Positions 1-7,386 of a stretch of DNA of 34,786 nt are shown piece by piece. The number at the start of each line of letters is the position of its first letter. The first letter of the stretch is position 1. A program made the translations under genes and the position numbers. The notes below the pieces were generated by a model. That model saw nothing but the letters and a program-made list of their open reading frames with translations, was not told the DNA's origin and did not search any database. Source of the DNA: a virus; IMG/VR virus record IMGVR_UViG_3300045988_092324, positions 1 to 34,786 of that record; one strand, 5' to 3'.

Positions 1-77
1 TGAACGAGTGAATAGTTCCATCCCTCGGCAGTCCCGCTGCGGTCGAGCGACGGGTCGCGGCCTTGGGATACAGAATC
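1..77. repeat. Terminal inverted repeat, left copy (exact reverse complement of 34710-34786)
   Basis: Base-by-base comparison gives 77/77 identity. Identity ends at position 78 (a, versus complement of 34709 = c). Confidence 0.97.
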
Positions 78-942
78 ACCATTCCATGGCCGTGCTGTAC
101 GTATCGCTCGCCCTTGCCACGACCGTTCGAAATGACTGCAGGTAGTGGCTCATGGCAGTGTTGACCGTGCTGTGTCCCAACGCCACGGCAATGTCCTCGA
201 TGGCGGCTCCGTGCTCAAGCGAGATGGTCGCCCACGAGTGGCGCAGGCATGTCATGGGCACATGCGGCAAGTCAAAGCGGCGGCAGAAAGCGCGGAATCG
301 GCGAGCGACGGTATTCGGGTCGAGCAGACACAAACGCCCAGACCTACGCGCCCCACGTATCGCACGCAGACGTTCCAACGCAAATCGCGGCAGCTTGAGC
401 CGCCTGTCGCTGAGCTTCGTCTTGCACCCCGTCTCGACCATCTTGCCGCCGACAACGTGGAGTCCGCGCTGCACATGCACCCAGCCGCTGCGCCAGTCCA
501 CATCCTCGATTCTCACCGCACACGCCTCGCAGCGCCGCAGGCCGAGCGCGGCACCCAAGAGCACAGCGGCCTCGAATGGTTGTCCGACTATCGCCTTAAG
601 CGTCACGCGCTCTTGCTCAGCCGTGAGCGTCGGTCGGCGCACCGTGGGCTTTTTCGGCAGCTCAACCCCTTGCGTTACGTCCCAGATTCTGAGCTGATGG
701 CGGCGCAATACCCATCGGTAAATCTGGCGGAAGGTCTTGTAGGCCTTTTCCGCCGCGCCGGGAAGGTCGATTCCGTCCACCCAATCTTGTACCTGCTCGA
801 ATGTGATCGTCTCTACCTCACGCTCACCCCACTGCGGCATCAGGTGGCAGCGGATGGCGCTGCGGTAGCCCTCCAGAGTGGTTGCGCGGAGGCGCTTGCC
901 CTTGTCGGCCATGTACTCGGTTACGGCTTCTGAAAACAGCAT
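76..942 (-). CDS. Tyrosine recombinase, 288 aa (second recombinase; candidate invertase)
   Basis: Motifs GLRRCE (Arg), LRHSWAT (His-x-x-Arg), GHSTVNTAMSHY (His...Tyr). Short Xer/Rci-like size. The stop codon straddles the repeat boundary at 76-78. Confidence 0.8.
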   Translation of the reverse strand: MLFSEAVTEYMADKGKRLRATTLEGYRSAIRCHLMPQWGEREVETITFEQVQDWVDGIDLPGAAEKAYKTFRQIYRWVLRRHQLRIWDVTQGVELPKKPTVRRPTLTAEQERVTLKAIVGQPFEAAVLLGAALGLRRCEACAVRIEDVDWRSGWVHVQRGLHVVGGKMVETGCKTKLSDRRLKLPRFALERLRAIRGARRSGRLCLLDPNTVARRFRAFCRRFDLPHVPMTCLRHSWATISLEHGAAIEDIAVALGHSTVNTAMSHYLQSFRTVVARASDTYSTAMEW

Positions 943-1094
943 TTTTGGCAGCCCAATCTCTAAAAAATCCCAGACCTAACGAATGGTAGCCCGCCGCGTT
1001 ACGTCTGGGATTAATTGCTTGCAGCGGGCGGCGGAGCCCAATCTCACGCCGCCCGTAGGATGGCGCGGAAAGCGAGAGGAAAGGAGGGTCGAGC

Positions 1095-1433
1095 GTGGAA
1101 TCACTGGTGGCCATCGCCATAACCGACATCGTCTCGTGCGTCGTGGCGGCGTGCGTCGCGTCGGTCGTGGCCACCGTCAAGGCCCAGGGGCGGAAGGTGT
1201 CCGAGAGGTCCGAGCGGGAGCGCGTGGAGTCCGAGGCCATGAAGGCCGGGATGCGGGCGTTGCTCTGGGCTGAGCTCCAACGTATCCACGAGAGAGCGAC
1301 GGCGCAGGGCGGCCTGACCGTCGAGGAGCGCCGCCACCTGGAAAGCGTCTACGCCGCCTATCACGGGCTAGGTGGCAACGGTACCGGCACGCGCCTGTAC
1401 ACGGACGCGATGAACATGCCCGTACTCGATTAG
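1095..1433 (+). CDS. Membrane-anchored lysis-cassette protein (N-terminal TM helix, coiled coil, YHGLGGNG motif)
   Basis: GTG start preceded by AGGAAAGGAGGG. Hydrophobic N-terminus. Sits directly upstream of the holin and endolysin. Confidence 0.6.
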   Translation: MESLVAIAITDIVSCVVAACVASVVATVKAQGRKVSERSERERVESEAMKAGMRALLWAELQRIHERATAQGGLTVEERRHLESVYAAYHGLGGNGTGTRLYTDAMNMPVLD

Positions 1434-1445
1434 GAGGAGGAATCA

Positions 1446-1676
1446 ATGACCAGAGACGAGATCGTCAAGAAGCTGACGAGCCGAAAGTTCTGGCTGTGCA
1501 CGGCTGCCTTCTTGGGCTCCGTCGCGACCAGCGTTGCCGGCATCGCCACGGACAACCAGACCGTCGCCGCCATCGGCACGGTGTGCGGGGTCGCGAGCGC
1601 GGCCATCTATGCAGCGGCCGAGCAGGCCGTGGACGCCGCGCGACTCAAGGCGGGAGGCGAGCATGACGGAGACTAA
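1446..1676 (+). CDS. Putative holin (76 aa, two predicted TM segments)
   Basis: RBS AGGAGGAGG. Two hydrophobic stretches and a charged C-terminus. Overlaps the start of the endolysin. Confidence 0.6.
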   Translation: MTRDEIVKKLTSRKFWLCTAAFLGSVATSVAGIATDNQTVAAIGTVCGVASAAIYAAAEQAVDAARLKAGGEHDGD

Positions 1677-2802
1677 CGCCGGGCCCAAGCGCAAGCTGCC
1701 GATGCGCAGCGTTTTTGCAATCGTCCTCGCGCTCGTCGCGGCCCTCGCCGCCCCGTGCGGAGCCGAGGCGTACCAGAGTGTCGACAAGTACGTTAGCAGC
1801 GGCCACGGCTACCTCAATGCGAGCTACCTCGTCATCCACGAGACAGCGAACCCCGGCGCGAGCGCCTACAACCACACGCTGCTCTGGTCGCGCGACGATA
1901 CCTACGCCGTCCATCACGTGATGGAGCTGGACGGCTCCACCGTGTACAACACCGTGCCCGAGAACCGCCTTTGCTGGCATGTCGGTAACGGCAATTACGC
2001 CACGATCGGCATCGAGCTGGCGCACGCCACCAACGCCTCCGATTTCGCAAAGCAGTGGAATGAAGCCGTGAAGTGGGCTGGCGACGAACTCCGCTCTCGC
2101 GGCTGGGATACGTCCCGCCTTTTGAGCCACTACGAAGCGGCTCAGCGCTGGGGCGGGTCCGATCACACCGACCCGAATGGCTATTTCGCCCAGTACGGCA
2201 AGTCGTGGTGGGAGTTCAAGCAGGCGGTCGCAGCCTATCTCGGCAGCGGTTATGTCGCTCCCATCGCGCCGACTGACGGCAACGGCGGCACGTATGCCCC
2301 GTCGACGTCCGCCGGTCGCACCAAGTTCCCCAAGTCTACCGGCGCGTCCGTCAATATCCACTACGCTTTGCACAATCGTGGCGGCGGATGGAATGATGTC
2401 GTTACCAACTTCGACGACAGCACCAGCGAGGGTTTCGCCGGCGTACCCTATGGATCGCACGACATGCTCATCGCCTGGGTGGATTCTGGCACCCTCATGT
2501 ACCGCGTCCACACCAAGGAGAGCGGCTGGCTCGACTACGTCCAGACCGCCAATTACGGTGACTCCGTCAATGGCATGGCGGGCTTGTGGGGCCAGACTAT
2601 CGACGGCGTGAAGATGTGCTACATCACCCCGTCTGGCGAGTACAAGCAGGTCTACTACCGTAGCCAGGACGTTGCCCACGCTGGCTACTGGGACGAGGTC
2701 TGCGATGATGGATCCACCTACGGCGGCGATGACTACGCAGGCATGTACGGCTATGCGCTCGATCGTCTGCAGTGCTACGTGTCCGACGGTACCCGCCGAT
2801 AA
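1663..2802 (+). CDS. Endolysin: N-acetylmuramoyl-L-alanine amidase (Amidase_2/PGRP-like) with N-terminal signal peptide and three ChW-like C-terminal repeats
   Basis: Internal ATG at 1663 with RBS GGGAGG. Signal-like [23 protein letters not shown]. Amidase motifs [19 protein letters not shown]...HTDP. The track ORF 1534-2802 has an implausible Arg/Pro-rich leader. Confidence 0.85.
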
Positions 2803-2888
2803 TCGCGCTGGCGTTCGTCCTCGGCGCGCTTTTCGGCGGCACCGTGGCAACAATCGGGCTGTGTCTCGTGAGCATCAACCGGCGCTAG
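2772..2888 (+). CDS. Possible 38-aa transmembrane peptide trailing the endolysin
   Basis: Not in the ORF track. GTG start, high GC3, sequence ...[29 protein letters not shown]. Ends 22 nt before the terminator hairpin. No clear RBS. Confidence 0.3.
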
Positions 2889-2909
2889 CGGCCGCGGGCG
2901 ATAGCAACA

Positions 2910-2947
2910 GAAAGGGGCCGTGGCGGTTCGTCGCCACGGCCCCTTTC
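2910..2947 (+). terminator. Intrinsic terminator-like hairpin after the lysis cassette
   Basis: 16-bp perfect stem GAAAGGGGCCGTGGCG / CGCCACGGCCCCTTTC with a 6-nt loop, followed by TCTCTTAT. Confidence 0.65.
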
Positions 2948-2949
2948 TC

Positions 2950-3139
2950 TTATCCCTCGAATATCCCAAGTGGGCGCAAAACCCTAAGTACGGTCAGCTT
3001 ATTGCGGCACTGTCAGCGAGTTTTGCCTGATGGTCAGCATCAATAGCGAGCTGCGGCAAACTGTCTCAGTACTGCCACAACTAACAGTAGGGCTTCTACC
3101 TGCGGGTTTGCGGGGGATTATCCTAACTTGTCCCAAGTG
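2950..3139. other. Candidate attP region
   Basis: Non-coding stretch abutting the integrase 3' end. Bounded by imperfect direct repeats TTATCC..TCCCAAGTG (2950-2972, 3118-3139). Internal repeats TGCGGCA..CTGTC and GGTCAGC. Confidence 0.3.
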
Positions 3140-4250
3140 CGTCGAAGACGGCGCGGACGACCTGCTCGGCGGTGGGGCGGATGTAGTGCCTGCCCGACAC
3201 GCCGGGGAGGGCGTGGCCCATCAGCATCTCTATGAGGTCCCACGGCAGGCGAAGCTCGACCTCCGCTATCGTACGCCACGAGTTGCGGAGGTTCGACCAC
3301 GGGATGTGCTCAATGCCGCGGGCGGCGCAGAGTTTCCGCCAGCGGTCGTTGCATATGCCCCGGTTCATGGGCAGCCCGTCGCCCCGGTCGCTCAGCCACT
3401 CGCGGCCCTCGGCGGCGCGGGCGGCCGCTATCTCGACGAGGCGGTCGGCGGCCTGTGGCAAGATCACGATGGTGCGGGCGGACTTGGCGGTCTTGAGGGC
3501 GCCCACCGGCTCGGTGCCGGACTGCTGCATTTGGCGGCAGATGTCGGCGGAGGCGAGGACGGTGCCGCTACGCTCCCAGCGCAGTACCTCCTCGGTGCGG
3601 ACGCCCAGCGACTCGCCCGAGCGGCAGGAGCCGAAGCACGCGAGGATGAACGCGGGCTCCAGGGGGTTGCCGCGCAGTGCGTCGAGGACGCCCAGGGCCT
3701 CGTCGAGGGTGTAGACGCGCTTTGAGCGCTCGCGGGTCTTGCGGGTGGGCATGGTGTACCTGACGCTGGCGGCGAACGGGTCGAGCGGCAGGCGGATGAA
3801 GGTCGAGACGCAGGCATAGACCTTGCGCAGGGTGAGCAGGGCGGTGTCGGCGGTGGCGGCGGGCAGCGTCAGCAGCCACCCCTGCAGCTCGACGGCGCGC
3901 AGCTGGTCGACGGGCGCCTGCCCCCAGCGGGGTCCGACGTAGTTCCTCCACGAGCGCAGTACGAGGTCGCGGGTGTTGGGGGCGAGCGTCCCCGCCTCGA
4001 CCTGTGCGGCCATCTTGGGGACGAGCCACGTCTCGTAGGCCTTGGCTATGGTGGGCACGGGGACGTCGTCGGCGTGCTCGACGTGGATGCGGTCGAGTTC
4101 CGCGCACGCCTCGCGGTAGGTGCCGTACACGGTCTTGGTCTTGCGCCTGCGGCCCTGCGGCGTGTTCTGCATCCAGCGCAGGACGTACTTCTTGCCGCGC
4201 CTCATCTCGGTCACGGAGCCCCAGACGCGGCGGCGCTGCTTCTTTGTCAT
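3123..4250 (-). CDS. int: Phage integrase, tyrosine recombinase family (375 aa)
   Basis: N-terminal arm-type/SAM-like region. Catalytic motifs CRSGES (Arg), LRNSWRT (Arg), MGHALPGVSGRHY (His...Tyr). Confidence 0.9.
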   Translation of the reverse strand: MTKKQRRRVWGSVTEMRRGKKYVLRWMQNTPQGRRRKTKTVYGTYREACAELDRIHVEHADDVPVPTIAKAYETWLVPKMAAQVEAGTLAPNTRDLVLRSWRNYVGPRWGQAPVDQLRAVELQGWLLTLPAATADTALLTLRKVYACVSTFIRLPLDPFAASVRYTMPTRKTRERSKRVYTLDEALGVLDALRGNPLEPAFILACFGSCRSGESLGVRTEEVLRWERSGTVLASADICRQMQQSGTEPVGALKTAKSARTIVILPQAADRLVEIAAARAAEGREWLSDRGDGLPMNRGICNDRWRKLCAARGIEHIPWSNLRNSWRTIAEVELRLPWDLIEMLMGHALPGVSGRHYIRPTAEQVVRAVFDALGTS

Positions 4251-4301
4251 ATAATCAGATCCGTTCAGATCGCGGGCTTATTCTCCGTTTCGCCCGGTTC
4301 T
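4250..4301. repeat. Direct repeat copy A (52 nt), immediately upstream of the int start
   Basis: The first 21 nt, TATAATCAGATCCGTTCAGAT, are identical to 4940-4960. About 87% identity overall with 4940-4992. Confidence 0.9.
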
Positions 4302-4350
4302 GACTCCGGCCCCGTCTCACGTTCCAAAGTGCAGGGGCCGTCTCCTTAGT

Positions 4351-4392
4351 CTCGGGGCCGCGGCATCAGCCTACGGCCCCGAGATTTTTCGC
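4351..4392 (+). terminator. GC-rich hairpin with T-tract on the + strand (possibly bidirectional)
   Basis: Stem CTCGGGGCCG / CGGCCCCGAG (10 bp), 13-nt loop, then ATTTTTCGCTTTC. Lies 29 nt downstream of the minus-strand gene that ends at 4412. Confidence 0.5.
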
Positions 4393-4411
4393 TTTCATGG
4401 GCATCACCTCC

Positions 4412-4813
4412 CTAACCGATGATGAGCGCTGTCGCTATGGCACCGGCGAAAGCGCCGACGATTGCGCCAACTGAAGCCATCAGCAGGTCTCGCACGAGCT
4501 TGCCTCTTTCGTCCTGCTTTTGGCGCTTTGCCCACGCATCCCTTCTCTTCTCGTATTCGGCCTTGTCGGATGCGTAGGACTTCCCCTTGGGCGTTATCTC
4601 CCACTTAGCGTACTGTCGGAAGTAAAAGACCAGATCGCGGACATAGCCAAGTTCCTCGAGCTCGGCGGCGTTCTCTCGGCTGTCGAACCCGCCCTCATCG
4701 ACCATCTTCGCCAAGGTCGTCTCAAGCCGGGTCGGCAACGGGGTGAAGCCGTACGGATCTGCATAGCCCGAGAAGTCGGGCTCGGAACGGAAGGGGTTTT
4801 CGATATGAATCAT
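4412..4813 (-). CDS. Tail-anchored membrane protein of unknown function (133 aa)
   Basis: ATG at 4813 is preceded by GAGAGGAG. C-terminal TM segment LLMASVGAIVGAFAGAIATALIIG. The track ORF extends to 4909, but that start lacks an RBS. Confidence 0.6.
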   Translation of the reverse strand: MIHIENPFRSEPDFSGYADPYGFTPLPTRLETTLAKMVDEGGFDSRENAAELEELGYVRDLVFYFRQYAKWEITPKGKSYASDKAEYEKRRDAWAKRQKQDERGKLVRDLLMASVGAIVGAFAGAIATALIIG

Positions 4814-4939
4814 GACACTCCTCTCTACAGGTATCTGCTCGATTTTCTGGTCGGCTTTCTCATCGGCTTCGTCGTGACCTGCGTGCTGCTCGGGGTCTAC
4901 TAAAGGCATCGAATTCGACGCCTTTAAAGTCGGCGCTCC

Positions 4940-4992
4940 TATAATCAGATCCGTTCAGATAGCGGGCCCTATTCTTCGTTTCGCTCGGTTCT
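4940..4992. repeat. Direct repeat copy B (53 nt), upstream of the 4412-4813 gene
   Basis: Paralogous to 4250-4301 and contains the same TATAAT hexamer on +. Confidence 0.9.
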
Positions 4993-5107
4993 CTCCACAA
5001 CGTGTTCGGTTTACTTTTACTGCCGCTGAGGCATAATAAGGACGAGCCCTTTGCTTAAAGCTCAGGACCTGGCCGCACCTCGGGGCCCGAAATCCGGGGT
5101 TTTTTCT

Positions 5108-6397
5108 TTAGGCGAGCGGGTGGAAAATGCCCCTCTCGCGCAACTTCTCGCTCGTCCGGTACTGTTCGGCGTCGGGCACGCTGTGGAACTCGACGGTCTT
5201 GTCGTAGTTCGCCTTGACGACCTCCTCGATCTCATCGAGCGACACGCGGAAGAACTCCCTGCGCTGGTTGACTATGTTCACCTTCCTGTCCTCGAAGGCC
5301 CGGTGCAGCGCTGCCTCGAGCTTCGGGGCGTCATCGCAGAAGATGAGCGCGTGCACGTCGAAATTGAACGGGACGGACGCGTCTCCGAGCTCGCGGATGC
5401 GGTCCATCGGCTCAAGGCGCCTCGTCATCCCGATCTTGTAGACGCCCTCACCGAATGAGCCGATGTTGGAGATTACGTATACGAAGCCCGCCTTCTGGTT
5501 CGCCTCTCGGTAATCGACATCCGACACCGCCCTGTCCACGTCGTCGAGCTTCGCCTTGAGCTCAGCGGCCTTCTCCTCGAGATCGGCGCGCTCGTCGTCG
5601 CCGGCATCCTTCAGGCGTGCCGAGACGTCCTTGTACGCCTTGAGGTACTGGGAGCGCTCCTTCTCGAGCTTCTTGCGCTCGGCCGCTATCTCGCGCTCGA
5701 GTTTCCGGGCCTCGCGCTCCTGCTCGCGGGCCTCGCGCAGCGCCTCCTTCTCCTCCTCTTTCTCCTGTGCGAACTCGAAGGCCAGCTGGACCTCCTCCTG
5801 CTTGAGGAGGACGTATGCGGCGGGGATGGATATGCCGAGGGTCTTGCCGTTGCGGTTGATGGCCGCGGCCGACTTCTCGATTCTCTCGAGCGAGCGCTCG
5901 ACGTTGGTCGCCTTGACCTTGCGCACGATTTCGTCGCACTCGCCGTTGTACGCCATCATGAGCAGCTTCGAGATTTCGCGGACCATCGCCTTGCCCTTCG
6001 AGGCGCTGCCGTTGACCGTCCAGGACGTCTTGTCCGCGGCCTTGCTGAAGCTCTTGACGGCCTCCTTCTGTTTCCTGCGGCATCGGTCGAGGGCGTCCTT
6101 GTAGTGAGTCGAGTCGGCGAAGTCGAAGCGCGGGCGGTACAGGCCGAACTCCTCGACCAGCAGCTCGTCATCGAGGACGCGCGACTTGGACTCCTTTGCC
6201 TTGACGATGGCATCCAGTTTGCCGTTCTGCTTCTCCAGCTTCTCGAGCGAGGCCCTCTCCTCCTCGATTCTCTTCCTGAGGCCCTCGGCCTCGCGCCTGA
6301 GCCTATCCGCGTCCGCCATCTCCGGCGTGAGCATGGACTCGAGCTCCTCTACCCGCTGCTTGTACTCGGTCGCCTTGAACATGTCCCTGAAAGCCAT
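5108..6397 (-). CDS. DUF4041-like coiled-coil protein with C-terminal T5orf172/MUG113 (GIY-YIG superfamily) domain, 429 aa
   Basis: C-terminus GFVYVISNIGSFGEGVYKIGMTRRLEPMDRIRELGDASVPFNFDVHALIF...REFF matches the T5orf172 pattern as recalled. Long charged coiled-coil N-terminus. Confidence 0.7.
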   Translation of the reverse strand: MAFRDMFKATEYKQRVEELESMLTPEMADADRLRREAEGLRKRIEEERASLEKLEKQNGKLDAIVKAKESKSRVLDDELLVEEFGLYRPRFDFADSTHYKDALDRCRRKQKEAVKSFSKAADKTSWTVNGSASKGKAMVREISKLLMMAYNGECDEIVRKVKATNVERSLERIEKSAAAINRNGKTLGISIPAAYVLLKQEEVQLAFEFAQEKEEEKEALREAREQEREARKLEREIAAERKKLEKERSQYLKAYKDVSARLKDAGDDERADLEEKAAELKAKLDDVDRAVSDVDYREANQKAGFVYVISNIGSFGEGVYKIGMTRRLEPMDRIRELGDASVPFNFDVHALIFCDDAPKLEAALHRAFEDRKVNIVNQRREFFRVSLDEIEEVVKANYDKTVEFHSVPDAEQYRTSEKLRERGIFHPLA

Positions 6398-6415
6398 CGG
6401 TTCGCCTTTCTGTCT

Positions 6416-7051
6416 CTAATACCTTTTGACCTCGCTGGCCTGGTGCCACTTGACGACGCCGCGGAAGCTCACGCTGGCGTTCTCCGGATCGTCGAACACT
6501 ATGTCGGTGTAGCCGTCCTCGTAGCTGTCCGGCGACAGCACGAGGGTCGACGCCCCGCGGTAGTAGCTTCTAAGGATCATCTCGCCGTTGTACTCGGCCG
6601 CCACGGCGTCGCCGTTGCGCGGTTCGCACCTGGGGGAGAGCAGTGCGTTCTCGCCGTCGGCAAACCTGCGATTCATGCATGAGCCGCGCACGCGCATGAG
6701 GTAGGCGTCCGGGTCGTTGACGCGCTCGAGGACTGAGATCGGCACGTCAGCGACCTCGTCGGGACCGAATTCGTCGGTGAACTCGCCTGCGTGCCCGGCG
6801 ACGAGCACGGGCAGGGTCACGTACTGGGCGCCGTTGGGGCGCACGGCCTCCGTGGCGTCCTCTCCCATGAGGTCGGCTACCGTCGTGTTGAAGAGGTCGG
6901 CGAGTTGACGAAGGATAGGCGTCCTCGGCGTGGCGCGCCCGCTTTCCCACTGACTTACCGACGAGTAGGTAAGACCGAGCTTGTCCGCCAACTCTGCCTG
7001 CGTGAGGCCCAGCTCGTCGCGGTGTGCGCGAATCTTTTTCCCGAGGTCCAT
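6416..7051 (-). CDS. CI/LexA-like repressor (XRE HTH plus S24 peptidase-like domain)
   Basis: N-terminal HTH LTQAELADKLGLTYSSVSQWESG. C-terminal S24-like fold with GSCM motif. Divergent from the Cro-like gene. Confidence 0.85.
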   Translation of the reverse strand: MDLGKKIRAHRDELGLTQAELADKLGLTYSSVSQWESGRATPRTPILRQLADLFNTTVADLMGEDATEAVRPNGAQYVTLPVLVAGHAGEFTDEFGPDEVADVPISVLERVNDPDAYLMRVRGSCMNRRFADGENALLSPRCEPRNGDAVAAEYNGEMILRSYYRGASTLVLSPDSYEDGYTDIVFDDPENASVSFRGVVKWHQASEVKRY

Positions 7052-7107
7052 CTTTTCACCCCTTTAGGTAAATTACAATTTCCCTTTAATTTTATTAAAA
7101 AAGTAGT

Positions 7108-7142
7108 TTGAATTATCTTGAATGTGTTGTAATATGATTACA
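7108..7142 (+). promoter_or_regulatory. Candidate early (cro-side) promoter and operator
   Basis: TTGAAT (7108-7113), 16 nt, TAATAT (7130-7135). Palindrome TGTAAT-ATG-ATTACA at 7128-7142. AT-rich 107-bp divergent intergenic region. Confidence 0.4.
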
Positions 7143-7158
7143 GCGAAAGGAGGACGGG

Positions 7159-7356
7159 ATGACAGAAACGTTGAGAGAGGTCCGAGAGCGCAAGGGCGTC
7201 AAAAAGGGCGCCGTAGCCGAGGCGATGGGCGTCACTTACCCCACCTATCAGCGGTATGAGGAGACGAACCGAATGCCCACCGACGCATTCGACGCGGCCT
7301 GCCGCTTCTTGGGCGTCTCGCGAGATTCTATTTTTTTGGCCAACGACTTGAATTAA
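7159..7356 (+). CDS. Cro-like XRE-family HTH regulator (65 aa)
   Basis: RBS AAAGGAGG. HTH GAVAEAMGVTYPTYQRYE. Divergent from the repressor. Confidence 0.8.
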   Translation: MTETLREVRERKGVKKGAVAEAMGVTYPTYQRYEETNRMPTDAFDAACRFLGVSRDSIFLANDLN

Positions 7357-7386
7357 ATTAAAGTCACAAACGAAACGGAGAGAACT

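Noticed and set aside
2926-3122. tRNA gene or tRNA fragment near the integrase
   Set aside because: I found no cloverleaf or T-loop consensus (GGTTCGAATCC-like) here or elsewhere in the window. The GGTTCG at 2925-2930 is part of the terminator stem and loop.
4814-4909. N-terminal extension of the membrane-protein gene to the ATG at 4909
   Set aside because: There is no RBS before 4909. The internal ATG at 4813 has a strong GAGAGGAG RBS, and the extension is a low-complexity acidic peptide. Kept as an alternative start.
5083-5105. Strong intrinsic terminator after the T5orf172 gene
   Set aside because: Only a 4-bp CCCG/CGGG stem could be formed before the T6 run, and the T-tract is on the + strand, opposite to the gene. 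It is mentioned only as weak support in the duplicated-element finding.
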